64,000 nucleotides of DNA, from positions 107,138,001 to 107,202,000 of the forward strand of contig CM059431.1 in NCBI GenBank assembly GCA_030390025.1, in the 5' to 3' direction. The stretch comes from Squalus acanthias. Taxonomy: Eukaryota. The notes below the pieces were generated by a model. The model was given only the letters and a program-made list of their open reading frames with translations. It was not told the DNA's origin and did no database searches. Made by a program: the position numbers and the translations under genes. Shown here piece by piece: positions 11,537 to 24,732 of this stretch (within the stretch, counting starts at the first letter, position 1; every line of letters begins with the position of its first letter).

Positions 11537-12049
11537 TGAGTTTTCAGATAAGTTTTCATGTAAGGGATCATTTTCCGATGACACCCAAAGAGCAAAGTTG
11601 TTCTCCTCAAATTCATACAAAAGAAGTAGGGGTTTATTTTACCTCCAAGAATGTGTGGGTTGGATATGGGTGAAAACTAAAAAAAATTTAAATCTCTAAC
11701 CTGACCTCAAACTGCCCGCTTCTGGTTTTAACGGAGGCAGGTCGAGGGGCGGGCAACCAATCCACTCTCTGGAGGCAAGTCAGTCGGTAATATCTTTGTG
11801 CCTCCATTTTAACTGGACTTTCATTTATTACCTATTTCGGCCAGGTTTCCCGGGCCTCGGGAAACTCAGCAGGTAAAAGAAGGTGAGAAGGGCTGGATCC
11901 ATCAGGTAAGTGCCTTTACAGCACTGCTTGTGTGCCAGGAGGTACAGGAGTGTTTCATAAAGGTCCAACAAGCTTACCGGCTTCGCTCCTTTCGATCGCC
12001 CCCCCACAATCTCTGAATATCCCCATTCGCATCCCCCACCTCTATGCTC

Positions 12050-12212
12050 TCCCCCAACCACGATCTCCCCACCCCAACCACGATCTCCCCTCTCTGACCA
12101 CGATCTCCCCTCCTACTGACCATGATCTCCCCCGACCATGATCTCCCCCCCCGGCCACGATCTCCCCCCAACCATGATCTCCCCTCCCCGACCATGATCT
12201 CCCCTCCCCCGA
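12050..12212. repeat. Minisatellite, ~20-bp unit with core CCA(C/T)GATCTCCCC
   Basis: About eight copies; the unit reappears near 12575 after the SINE. Confidence 0.8.
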
Positions 12213-12235
12213 CTACAATCTACCCCCGAAAAGAA

Positions 12236-12565
12236 AAAAAAAGAAAGACTTGCATTTATATAGCGCCTTTCACAACCACTGGATGTCTCAAAGTGCTTTA
12301 CAGCAAATAAAGTACTTTTTTGAAGTGGAGTCACTGTTGTAATGTGGGAAACGCAGCAGCCAATTTGCGCACAGCAAGCTCCCACAAACAGCAATGTAAT
12401 AATGACCAGGTAATCTGTTTTTGTGATGTTGATTGAGGGATCAATATTGTCCAGGACACCGTGGATAACTCCCCTGCTCTTCTTTTAAATAGAGCCGTGG
12501 GATCTTTTACGTCCACCTGAGAGAGCGGACGGGGCCTCGGTTTAACGTCTCATCCGAAAGACGGA
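12236..12565 (-). mobile_element. DeuSINE (SacSINE1-like) 3' portion
   Basis: Deu-domain gggatcttttacgtccacctga...cctcggtttaacgtctcatccgaaagacgg; L2-like tail cttgcatttatatagcgcc. Confidence 0.85.
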
Positions 12566-15291
12566 TCTCTCCCCAACCACGATCTGCCCCCACACCCCCG
12601 ACCACCATCCCCTCCTCCCCGCAGTCTCCCCCTCCACACCATCTCTTCCTTCCAGCTCCCTGCTCCCCAGCTGTGTGTCCTTGTGCTGCAGGCTATCCCG
12701 CCCGGCGGTCAGGCAAACCTGTCAATCCGGCTGGCTGTCGGGCGAGATACCTGGTGAAAAAATTAAAAAGACATCCCGCTGTTAATTTCAGCGGGGCATC
12801 CAGGAAACCCGTACATCCGGGTCTCCCATCCGGAACTCCTTACCCCCCTGCCCTCCCTGCCTGCCCCGTAAATATCGAGGCCGCAGTATTCAACCCCACT
12901 GTCTGAAGCACTGAACCACTGAATCCTGCAAAGTGCTTAATTAGAAAGAAGTTTCAGCTGGGATTATGCTTGGATCAGGATTTCTACAAATTACAGATGG
13001 AAATAAGCAGTTTTTATGCCCTGGTTCATTTAATTATTCATTCTAGCAAATTACTGCAAACAAAAATGAGCAAAAAAAACAATTAACAGAACATACTTCA
13101 TGCAAAAAATTATTAGTCTTCTGAAATGTTCTGTTGCCTCCAGGTAAAATTTTACTGCAGATTGACTATGTTTATTGTGCTGAGCATCAAAACATAGATA
13201 ATTGGGGGAATATTTTATCCTTGCATCAAGAATTTTGTATTGAGGTATTATCAATAAATGTGTCATGGGTTGGTAAGCTGAATTTCCATGCTTGGATCAG
13301 ACTAATGTTTGAATTCAATGTTTTACCTGGAGTTGACAGTATGCGCAAGGATGGTTTGTGTCAGTAATGTACGTAAAGCTTGTAGCGCAGCCTGAGTAGT
13401 TTATTATGGGCACCATGCAGGAAATTGCCCACGAGTCGTGATGTTAGGGGGGAGGGTTTCCTTTGATCACTTTTTCTAGCAAAGTAGACATTTACGATGT
13501 TGCTGGAAATAACAGGGAACCTTCCCCAGAAAATTTCGACTCCTACATTAAAAATGATGCATTCTGATTCACGTTAAGCACTTTTGCACTTTACAACACA
13601 TTCGGTTTTATTTCAAAATTAAATAAAATTTTACTGGCATTTGGATTTGCACAAAGCAACCGCAATATCAGTTCACCAAATGTTATCTCAACCATCATTC
13701 TCCCACATCCAAACCCCTGCCCAGTTCACAGAGATGCTCTACCCCTCTGGCCCCAATTCCCAGAGGCAGTCTATTCCATCCAATCCCCCCACCCCTGCAC
13801 AGAGACAGTCTCCCCTCTTACAACCATCCCAGTTCATACTAGTGTTCTCGCTCCTCAGTTCAAGCTGATACTCTTCCCTGCCAACCCAATTCAAGCTAGA
13901 AATCTTCCCGTCAAGCCAATTCAAGCAGATACTCTTCTTTCCTTTCCTCATGTTCAAGCTGACACTCTGTCCCTCCACTCCCTTCAGCTCAAGCTCACAC
14001 TCCTCCTCCCCCGCCCACCAGCCCCCACTCCCGCCCGGTACACTTACCTTCCCCCCTCAGTTAAAGCTGCCAATCTCTCTCTCCACTCCCTCTCAGTTAA
14101 TGCCTTGCACCCTTTCCTCCTCACCCAAAAGTACTGCCCCCAGTCTCTGCCTCCTTCTCTCTTCCCCCTTCATTGCCATATACTTTTCCCCCTCTCTCCT
14201 CAAGCCCTGTTGTTGCTGTCCACAAGAATTCTCACCTATGGCATGCAGCAGAATCATTTCCATTAGCAACAGGACCTTGGATAGACGCAGCGTTGAGTGG
14301 AGAGGTGCCTCGTTCAAGCTGATTATCAAACAACAAATGTTAACACGCGGATTGTGCCCCTAAACACTGACTGTCGGGGAGAAATACTGACAGTTGGCAT
14401 ATATGGGTCTCAAACGTTATAGTTCGGTGCTGCTTGCTGCGCAGCTTTGCCTTATATTAAAAAAAGGCCTCATTAGTGAGGCCCCAGAGGAGGATGGCAC
14501 CCATGGGTAGCAGAGGCGAAATCAGAGGAGCAGCGGAATCCTGATATTAACACGTTTGAATTTAATTCCATTGAATGAAGGGTTCTATAATGGGCAGGCA
14601 ATCCGCTCTGCCAGATTAGCGTCCATGTCGTGAAGACAAAAATTTACCCCATGCCATCTGGCCTACCATAAGTAATGCCACAAGAGATCAACTGTATAAA
14701 TATATAAATAGCTTCACATCTATGCATACCTCCTGTCCCTTACAGCTATCTTCGGAATATATCACAATTCAGATGTCACACTCTATCTATTTAAATTTGT
14801 GTCACAATTTAAATTAAAAAAAATATAAAGACACAAATAGCAATCATTTGCAATGTACAGAAAAAGCTCTCCAGGCAAACACAACACCAAACAGTTGCAG
14901 GCTCTTAATTGACCTTCCTGCAAACATAGCCAAGGGTTCTGGTCTCCAGCCTGAATAACAATTAACCTTTCACTGAACTCCCCCAATGTTCACTTCAGGA
15001 CTTTATAGCCTTAAAGGGGCTTCCATACTTCAGTAGAAGAACACTGCATTCGAATGGATTTCACCTCTACTGCCTGAAAATTGGATATATTCAAAGCAGC
15101 TTGATGAATAAAAATTGATGGAAGTGCAGCCCACCAGAATTCTGCCGGGCTTCTTTTCCGAAATTGTTTTCTAGTGGACGGGATCAGTGTGGTGGATGCT
15201 CCTGCCATAAATGGGTAGATGCTTGATTTTAATATTCTTTTGGGGATATTGTTCCTGCATTTTCCATCCTTCTGATATACAGGACACCTAA

Positions 15292-17095
15292 TGTGAAGAG
15301 TGTCCATTTGAAATGGTTGTCCGGGGTTGGTGGACAGTGTAAGGGGTTTTGTGTCGTGCTTGTATCGCAGGCGGTGCTGGTACGGGGTTAGGCCTTCGCT
15401 GCCTAATACTATTGCTTGCTCTGGTCTCCGGCCAGCCTTGTTGCAATAAGCACCTGTGAGTGGTTCGACCCACTCGCCCTTACGGTTCTAACACTGGACT
15501 TAGGTGCGAGAGCAGTATGCAGAGAAAAACTCAAATAGACTCGGTTGAATAGTACGAAATGGAAATCTTTATTGCATAGCGTCCAAGATCATGAAGTACA
15601 TGTCATAGGCGCAAATTAACGAGAGTACAAGTATACATACATTCATAAAGCTTGGTCTATGGTAATGAAGAACGCACAGCACATCGTAAAAAGGGGAACA
15701 CATTGTACTTTATCCTTAATAAAACCCCCCTCCCTTATCAATACCTACACTGCATCTAGATTTGTAGGATCGGGAAACATGCTCACCACTCGTGATACTT
15801 CGGAGAATTTTTAAGTGAGGCACTCGGCTCGTTTCGCTGCAGCGCCTGACTGTCACGTGTTTGGAGGGGTCTCAGTACCCCACTTGTTTATCTTCGCTGC
15901 TGCGGCAAACAGGCTGGGCTCCCCATTGTCATGAAGAACTCGACAGCACTCGGGCCCGGCTGTAGAATTCAAAGAAAAGTCTTCCTGTACCGACACCCAT
16001 TGTCGGTAGAATTCAAAGAAGAGTCTTTGACCGGTTCGTGCAGTAACCTGTAGAGTTCAAGAAATGGGTCATATATTATTGGGCGCGGTCAGGGTTTACT
16101 GACCGCGGCGGCATGTGGATTCTTCTCCTCTTCTTCTCATCTCGTCTCGTCTCTTCGGGCCTTCGGGTCCAGACACCGTTTACCGACCCTCGGGATGGTG
16201 CACCCGGTCACCGGCCTTCGTCGAGGCGGCTCGTTCCGTTTGAGCTCCACCCAACATTCGAATAACCGTCCAGTGCGGCTAAAAGTCCAGAGTCAACAGT
16301 CCAGAGAAAAAAGATCACGCATCAAGCGAATAAGAGTCGAATCAAGAGCATCAGCCGAGATAAGAGAAAATAAGCGTCGAATCAAGGGAATACGAGAGCG
16401 ATGGACATTTGTTGTCTATAGTTATAGTGCTGTGTTCCCTTATCTCCCGCTCAAATCTTAATGTTTGTCCTTTGTGAAATATTGGCGCTCAAAACTCCCA
16501 GCATGGGGTGATTCTTGTCTTTAACGGGTTTCGGTAGCACCTGAGACTGGCCAACTACCCGTTAATGTTTTCCCCATTGTTGAACTGGCTCGGAGCCTCC
16601 CTGGCTGGGTTTTGGGGGCCCCCGAATCCTTGTTTAATCACCCGAGAATGGCTCTCTCATTGTAGAGCCGTGGGGGTATTTGCGTATTGATGTGTCTGGA
16701 TGGGCCTTCGATTGCCCAGTACAATGGTCCTTACTTGTGCATGGAAAACGATTCCAGCACTCATATCTTTTGCTATTGTCACAAATGCAAACAGGTTGCA
16801 TCCTGTCTTTATCAGTGCTTATCGAAAATGTTTATTCGAACGCCATCTTGTCTGTCCACTGTACTTCTGGAAACTTCTGCCACGATGCGTGGTGGCCATT
16901 TTACAGGCTTCTGTGTCCTGTTTAATCATGACAGCATTTCGTTTAAATAAACTGATCAAACGAATCTGCTTCTATCTCGTTATTTCGAATCGCGATAATT
17001 GCGAAACTTTACAGTCCCTCCTGTTGATGCGAATAACTCCGCTTATCGTATCAATTAAAAGGTGGTGGTGAGCAAAATTATCCCAATTCTCCACA
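15292..17095 (-). mobile_element. 3' LTR (1804 bp) of an env-bearing LTR element
   Basis: TGTG(G/A)AGA inverted termini; purine-rich tract just upstream on the minus strand (aagggagtgtttgga); minus-strand AATAAA at 15568-15573; env lies upstream. Confidence 0.8.
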
Positions 17096-17396
17096 TCCAA
17101 ACACTCCCTTAACTTAAACTATCTATGGCCTCCATGCCGTCCTCATTTCCCAGGGAAATTACATTGTTTGGACTTGGACAAAACGTAGGCAGTATTGCCT
17201 TTAAATTTACATTGCGTATACGCCTTCCAGGTGCAACAGGCCGATGCCTCTCGCACCACCTGTATATGCATGTTTTTATTATACAAGGAAAAAATAATCA
17301 AACAACCATTTTAAAAATACAAAGTACACATCTTCATAACTAACAATCAATTACAAAAACACACATGGTAAAATGGAGCGGCGTCATCCTGGCCGT

Positions 17397-19620
17397 TTAC
17401 GCGGAACTTTCCTCGTTCACGCGCACGTAACGTTCTCTCCACTCCCCCGTGTTCTCCTGCTTTGTGAGGCGCTTGCCTCTTTTGCAGTGCACGACCAATA
17501 GGTACACTACTATTATAACTTGGCACACTACTAAAATGTGGGAGGCTATCCTGATCCATGAAGAAACTTCAATAGTGGTGAACAGGTCCCACCACGGTGG
17601 GATTACTATGTCCAAAATTTCTGTCCCTATTTCTACAGTCTTTTGTTCCAGGGTGTAAAAATGTTTTTGTGATACCGCGACGGCTTTCAAAAGCTTGGTG
17701 AGGTGTTCAGGGAGAGGGGGAATGATGTATCCGAAATGCGCGACGAATCGCTGCAAGTTGGTGAAATTCTCTTTTACTGTGAGATGAACAGTGGATGGTT
17801 CAGGGATCGGGACAATTCGCTGTTGTGCCACTTGAACTTCAGCCCTGGGTTTAAAACAGAAACTACTGTCACCCACCGGACACCGGCTGTGGTTTCCATG
17901 CTGGTAGTGTTGCGCTGCAGTGGTAACGCAATATGTTCCACCCCCTATATATGCCACCTGCGGAGGCACATGATCTTGTGTCATTGCTTCCATGGTGCAA
18001 TTCATGGGCTTGGCGCCAGCCGTTCTGAACCCGCATTGTGGCGTTAAAAAGGCATTCAAGTGCTGGGGACACAGTATTATGTGTGCTTCCCGGCCACGAC
18101 AACCCGATAGGTCGGTACCTGTCATCGTTTGCTCCCAGCGGATGACGTAAGGTGGGACCGCTGCGTAGTGAATGTGGGCTCCCCCCTGAATGACACCAAT
18201 GTTCTCTACCCGATAAACCGGGGCGGGCTTTGCTGTGTCGCCCAAAACCGGCATACGTAGTACTATACCCATGATGGTATGGTTTGACCGTCCGCAGTCC
18301 ACGGGGACTGGGTATGCCTCTGAGGCTAGCCTGAGCTGGCACGGGCTTAATGCGTTCTGAAAAGGGTGGAGCGCCTGCAGGTGTTTGTTACTTATCCAGG
18401 ACGGGACCAAACCTTGTTTTAAATCCTCCAAATTACTGCGGCCCTCGCACAGTAACCACGCCCCTTATAGTACGCACACCTCGTTCTGCGCAGCTTGATC
18501 GGATGCGTTCCGATCTTCCCTGATCAGGGCATTTACCATTCTCGCATGCTTCTCCAGCTCTGCTATAATCCCTTTTAAGTGTAGTGTCATAGCCTGGTCA
18601 TCATGTAACTCAGACCCTACTACCTTGTTTTCGCTTGTGAGGATGCTTTTTAATTGTGTTTTTAAACCGTTGATCTGGGTCTGCAGCTCCACGTTGTCTA
18701 GAGCGTTGACCACAGATGTTCCTCTATTAAAAGCAGTGAACATATCGTTCACAATACCCCTTCTTTGTCTCCCCACCTGACCCAAAACTTCGTGTGGTGT
18801 GGTGTACAAGCTTGTTTTTTCAATCTCTGCAAAATCAAACTCGTAGAATTGTCTGACATGTTTGTCAACAGGACCTGGTACAATTGTTCCGTCTCTTTGG
18901 GGCACCACTCTGGTAAACGCACCTCGGTGAGATTTAGAATCACCGAAGCCACCGCGTAATGTACCCCTTGAAATAGTATCTGGTCTGTTGGGACCAGTAC
19001 CAAACCATTCCCGGGCCCCTTAGTGGTTTTAGGGCACCCTTCCTCCTGAGCCAAAACCACCGGAATCGTGGGCGGAGCCTTGCGTGGGCGCGTGATGAGT
19101 TCAGTGGCGTTTACCGGGATCGGGGAGAATGGAGCTCCGCACCCCTTTGTGCTGACATCCCACCTCATCCCTTTCCCGTTATCCTGCCACTGGTGTACGA
19201 AAAATATGGATATACCCTTGGGGCAAACGTACTTCGATCCCCACATACAAACATATATTCCCTCATCCGGTTCCCACCATTTGTCCCAACAGACTTTCAA
19301 TTGCCCGTTAGTCCCCGTAATTGTCCGATGGGTATTGTTACCCAATCGCTCCCACTCAACCGAGGAATTTCTCATAGTCTTGCTTAACTTCCGTAACCAC
19401 CACCATCGGCTCAATGGGACCTTCCCATTGCATGTCAAACAAATCCTTTTGCCGACGGTGACGCTGATTCTGGGTGCAATGATCCTCACTCTGGGGCACA
19501 GTAAAGAAGTCTCTTTGTAGGCAAATCCGGATGCGCTGGAGTATTCCGTCGAATTCGTTCCCAGCCATCCCGGCCACCTTACAAGCTAGTATCGACAAAC
19601 TTACACCTATGAGCAGAGGT
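17397..19620 (-). pseudogene. env: Envelope/class I fusion glycoprotein (F-like) with N-terminal Ig-like domain; 2 frameshifts and 1 stop
   Basis: Hydrophobic leader (LLIGVSLSILAC); Ig-like C..W..DEGIYVC; furin site RQRR (18759-18770) followed by fusion peptide and heptads; Cys-rich ectodomain; TM ILVVCQVIIVVYLLVV. ORFs 18465-18908 and 17397-18431 are in one frame, separated by TAA. Confidence 0.82.
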
Positions 19621-21024
19621 CAATTTACTTCACCTTAGCACGGCATTAGTGCTGTAGGAGGCTTCTCTTCCCAGAGGAAGGTGGGGCAACAAACCTGATG
19701 GCCTCACTACTGTACCTGAAGGGCCGATCAATCATCTAGTTTGACGCTTCCTTGAAAGCACCCCAATCTCAGTCTTTCATTCTTTACTGTGTCACTCCAT
19801 GGAAGAACGCATAGCAGGCTGATCAAGAGCCAGCACTGCCTGATTAGCTGCACCTACCAAGATGCCTCCAATAATTTCTTCAGGCTCTGTTGCACTTTTC
19901 TTGTGATGATTGTGGGAAATTGTCTTTTTTCAAAGTCCGTGCAGCCAAGGGGCAGATCCAGAGCTGGAACAACACCTCCAGTTGTCGCACAGCATAGGGC
20001 TGGCACATCCAGTCAGCGGTGGCCTGAAATGTTTCTCCACCTCCTTGTGGATATCCTGCAATGCTGACCTGTGGGAGTGGTGCTGTGGATTGGCACAGCA
20101 GGCAACCCTGCTCACAGGCTTCTCCTACAACACCACCTCTGCTTCAGCAACTATTAAATTGGGGTCCGATGCAATACTGCTACATCATTAGCCTGTACAG
20201 TCATGCCTACATCTTGAGTTCCCTCTCGCATGACCCAGGCAATGGAATCAAGTAAAATTTCACCTACCAGACGCACATTTTATGCTTTCACTTAACGCTT
20301 TCTGAGTCTCATTTATGCCCATGCTTTGTAAGACCTTGAGCACCATATAAAGGTGTTACGAGGAAAATTTGATGCTGTATTATGTGGTCATCTGAAAGCC
20401 AACCCTTAAAGTCTGCCATCTCTCTCATGTGACCCAGGCACATATGATCATTTTAACATCAGAGAGTTGAGTTTTGATGCATGACGTTGGCACATAAACA
20501 CTTGATGATATTTGTGTACGGAATAGTAGATTTTGAGAGACATATATAGTTGCTTTGTGGCTGGGTGCATATAACTCAACATAGGTGCTCTTTACGTGGA
20601 ACCTAGCCAAAAACATTTGTCGGCTACCTGCTGCTCTTCGGTTTCAGGAGCTTGAATGCCTTTGAAAGCCCTTACTACCAAAGTGTTTGTGACCTCTTGG
20701 ATGCAATTGGACATTGTGAAATCTGCAATGTCAGTATGAAGACTCCTTCGTGTTAGGAAGAAGCCTCTGAGAGTCCATGATCAGGACTGGTGTTCCCTTC
20801 ATCTTTAGTCTAGTGGCAGTCAAAAGTGATGATTCTAGTTTGACATGCAACTGATGTCATGTATCAATGAGCATGCCTCCCCTGAGGTGGAAACAATGCT
20901 GCTCAAATCAGACCAAATAGTTGCTTCTTGGTCTATAGTTTTTCTATGAGGACAAATCCTCGTCCTCCACAGTCTCCATCTCATTCCTTACTGTTCTTCT
21001 TGCTGCTGCCACCGAAGCCAACAC

Positions 21025-21165
21025 TAAGGGAATCAAGGGATATGGGAATAGGGCAGTAAAGTGGAGTTGAGGTAGAAGATCAGCCATGATCTTACTGAAT
21101 GGCGGGGCAGGCTCGAGAGGCCGTATGGCCTACTCCTGCTCCTATTTCTTATATTCTTATGTTCT
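21025..21165 (+). mobile_element. CR1 3' terminal fragment
   Basis: Matches 700-840, including stem-loop and tail. Confidence 0.88.
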
Positions 21166-22289
21166 ATCCACATGAAATTTTGCAACTTCTCAATAACAGG
21201 GCGAAAGGAGTCAATGTATCCTCCTGCTATTCAAATCTACTTAAATTGTGACCATGCAACAGTATGTCATTCAGAAAACTGGATGTTGGCCGAGTTTAGT
21301 CAAATTTGCCCCTTATTAATTGGTACTTTAGTCATTGTGCACTATCGTATTCGATCAGCATTTCATTTAAAATGGAAAATGTGAACATGGTGATCGTAAT
21401 AATGCCAAACATAGCCATCACAGCTTTATGCAGCAGCTGGGTGGTAACAGCTTAAACAAAATGATTATGACCATGGGCATTTGAATTAATGTTTCATTGT
21501 GCAGGTGAGTAGGGCTGATCCACGGGCAGATTGCAGAATAAACTAACTTTCAAAAATAAGATATTGCCATTGATTATTCAGTCTTATAATGAAAGTTTTA
21601 GCTTGCCCTTTATTCGCTCAACTGAGGATTTTGTCGTCCAGTATTCACAAACTATCAATCTTGCCACAATCTCTGATGGATCTTACTTCCAGAGATTACT
21701 CTGACATTTAGTTTATTTGATAACGTCCCTTTGTTAAATTGGAACACGATAGCTATTAGTGTGTGTGGGATTAGAGTTTACAGGGCATTGCTTCCAAATA
21801 CATGTTTTCCGTAGCACAATTTTTCACTTGAAACAGAGATCACTGGCACTTGCTAGACCTCTTTTATTCAACTGATGACATCTTCTGACTCATTTGGGAT
21901 TGTTATTTGCAATAAAATGATTCACAATAATGTTGGCATATTCCTGTGCATTGGCATACTCTGGTTCCTCCCGTGCTCTTCCAACTACACTCGCAGATCA
22001 TTTTTAATAACCACATTCAGCTCTCCCCATGCTCTGGCTAAAATAAAGGATGTTTTCAGTGGAATCAAAACCTCAAATAACTACAATACCTCTCACTTTC
22101 CAGTATGATCTGAAGTAACAGAGCAGAACTGAAAATTATTTTGCGTCCTGTATCATGAATGGATTAACTGTATATGGCTATCCTTTTCATGCAACATATT
22201 TTCACTATTCTTCTATCTGAGCTACTATTTAGCCAGCTTTATCTGTGAGACACTTTGGTACTACCCGAGGATGTGAAAGGTACTATATA

Positions 22290-22644
22290 CAGGAAACTCT
22301 CGTTTAAACGGCACCTAAATATCCGGAATTCTCTAATAACCGGCAGAATTCATACTCCGAAAACTACAGTATACAGTCGTTTATAAGTTTTGTTTTACTG
22401 TTAAGTAATTAAAGAGTTATGAATTACCCTCAACTGGCATTACTGTACTTAATCAAGCATCTTCCACCATCCATTTAACACAACATTCAGTAGGGGAGTA
22501 CCCAATTATACTGCACTTTTCTTGATTTTTTTATTTTTGTTTGTTAAAAATAGCCTCGGTAGATATACCTCTCCGTTATCCGGAATTTTTAATCAACCGG
22601 CACCATCCTGGTCCCGTCGGTGCCGGATACGAAAGAGTTTCCTG
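22290..22644. mobile_element. Tc1/mariner-pogo (Tigger-like) MITE
   Basis: TA-caggaaactct ... agagtttcctg-TA. Confidence 0.75.
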
Positions 22645-22874
22645 TAAATGCAATTGTTTGTTATTTTCTGTTCTTTTCTTGACCCCAGCTACTATATCTC
22701 ATCTCTTCTCGTCTTTTCACTGGTGTAAGGGTATACTATGCCGTGAACAAAGAATCAGTATTTACACGTGGAAAACAGGATATTCAATTGGTTTGGAAAA
22801 CAAATTCAACATAAAGCTGCCAATAGTTCACAAATGCTCAATATGTGTAATGGTTTAAGCTCATATTCACACAT

Positions 22875-23050
22875 GGGGATCGAATTCCCGTGGGGATTCT
22901 TCCAATCTCCCACTGTAACTTTGCCAGTAGATCAGTGGGTACCTCGGAGAAATGGCGTTAGTGACCATTTAAGCCATGTCTTGAGATTACCACTGATCTT
23001 CTGCCAAATGATGGCAGGAGATTGGAAGAAGCCCTGGAGTAATTCTACCC
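22875..23050. mobile_element. Short palindromic MITE
   Basis: ttcttccaatctcc / ggagattggaagaa and agatcagtgg / ccactgatct arms; relatives near 10667-10810 and 46410-46560. Confidence 0.6.
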
Positions 23051-23447
23051 TGTCTGAAGACAGAAGGATGCCTTTAGTTTAGTACGCATGATGTAACTTA
23101 TCACAAACAGGCAAAGAATAATTTTTGCAACACAAAACCCGAGGTTATAAGCACACATATTCTGAGGCTGATGTCTGAGAAAGCCTTATTGAGAAGGTTG
23201 CCATTGAAAAGGCAAACGTCTGAGAAGAGTAACCAGAAGTCAACTGTACAACAATGGTATTGAGGAAGGAAACTTTAGATCTCCATTCATGAATCACATC
23301 TTTTGCACATGCGGGTCATTGGTAGGATCATCTGCCCAGGACAATGAGGGGAGAAAAGTTATTTACGCCAATGATGAATCACCTTGAGAACAGTGATCCA
23401 CGATTTACCAAAACGCAGAGTTTCTCCAAACAATATACAGCAACAAT

Positions 23448-24190
23448 GGCCCAGAATTTTCTTGGAAACTAACGGCAAGTTTAATGCGCATGTCGTTTTT
23501 GGTGTGTAGAAAACCAAACAACTTGTGGCAAGGAAGAGATATCCCGTGAGTTACAAATCACCACAAATTGCTGGACGATTTGCGCCGCTCCGCCATTAGC
23601 CTCGCGATAATGGCAGCTCGCCCTCAACCACCCCGTGAATTTCAAGAAATTGCTGCATTTGCAAGTTAAACGCCAATTAAACCCACCGCAGAAAGTTAGG
23701 GCTTGTGCTTAATGATGTAAGGACAATTTTAATGATGAGGTTTATGTTCCTGCAATGTCACTCAACCTCTCCAGCCCAGAAAGGGAATAATTGAAACTGG
23801 AGTCTCATTCCTGCAGGTAGTAAATTGTTGTTAGAGGTTTTTAAAAAAAAAATCTTACTTTTCTTTTCTGTCTCTTTTTCTCTCTCTCTATCCAATCTTA
23901 CTTTCTCTCACTTTATTTCTCTTTCTGAACCTAATGTGACTCAAATTCATCCTATTTCCTTCTCCGTTGTTCCTTTGTTTCTCTATCCTTCAATCTTATA
24001 GGTTAAGGAGATAAACAGTTGGACCCGTCGTTCAGCAAGGTCCCAGATGCTCCGTTGACCTCGCTGCACCATTATTAGCTCGCACTTCCAGCAATTTGGG
24101 GAGCAAACATTTTTTGAGTTGAAGGGTGAGGGAAGAAATCTAACAAACTGGGTATGCTGTGAGATGCCCCGCTCCAGCAAATTCTGGGCC
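23448..24190. mobile_element. Harbinger-type MITE
   Basis: TIR ggcccagaattt / aaattctgggcc. Confidence 0.72.
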
Positions 24191-24209
24191 ATTATTATTT
24201 TTTTAATTT

Positions 24210-24657
24210 ATTCATTGGATGTTGGCGTCGCTGGCAAGGCCAGCATTTATTGCCCAAAAGCCTAATTGCCTTTGAGAAGGTGGTGGTGAGCTGTCTTCTT
24301 GAACCACTGTTCTTTTTGTAGTGGTTTGGTAGAACAGAGTGGTTTGCTAGGCCACTTCAGACGGCAGTTAAGAGTCAACCACATTGCTGTGGGTCTGGAG
24401 TCACATATAGGCCAGACCAGTTAAGGACGGCAGATTTCCTTCCCTAAAGGACATTAGTGAACCAGATGGGTTTTTACAACAATCCAATAGTATTCATGGT
24501 CACCATTACTGATACTAGTTTTTTAATTCCAGATTTATTTAATTAACTGAATTTAAATTCCCCCAGATGCCATGGTGGGGTTCAAACTCATATTTCCGTA
24601 TTAGTCCAGGTCTCTGGATTACTAGTCCAGCAACATAACCACTATGGTACCGTTCCC
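24210..24657 (-). mobile_element. tRNA-derived SINE with LINE-derived 3' end
   Basis: Minus-strand head catagtggttatgttgctggactagtaatccagag...gagtttgaacccc. Confidence 0.7.
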
Positions 24658-24732
24658 AAACACTGGTTCCTCTGAATTGAAATATTGACGCACACTAACA
24701 TCTGAGAATTTTTCTTGGTGAAAAGTAACTAT

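Larger units (their letters stand above)
11628..12882. mobile_element. Harbinger-type MITE with internal minisatellite and inserted SINE
   Basis: Ends ggggtttattttacc / gtaaatatcgaggcc; GC-rich subterminal motifs. Confidence 0.5.

Noticed and set aside
16680..17071. Cys-rich ORFs within the LTR as possible accessory genes
   Set aside because: Short, antisense to the element, overlapping in three frames, no recognisable motif
19660..21010. Possible gag/pol upstream of env
   Set aside because: No RT, RNase H or integrase motifs seen; the sequence looks degenerate and is unassignable by eye
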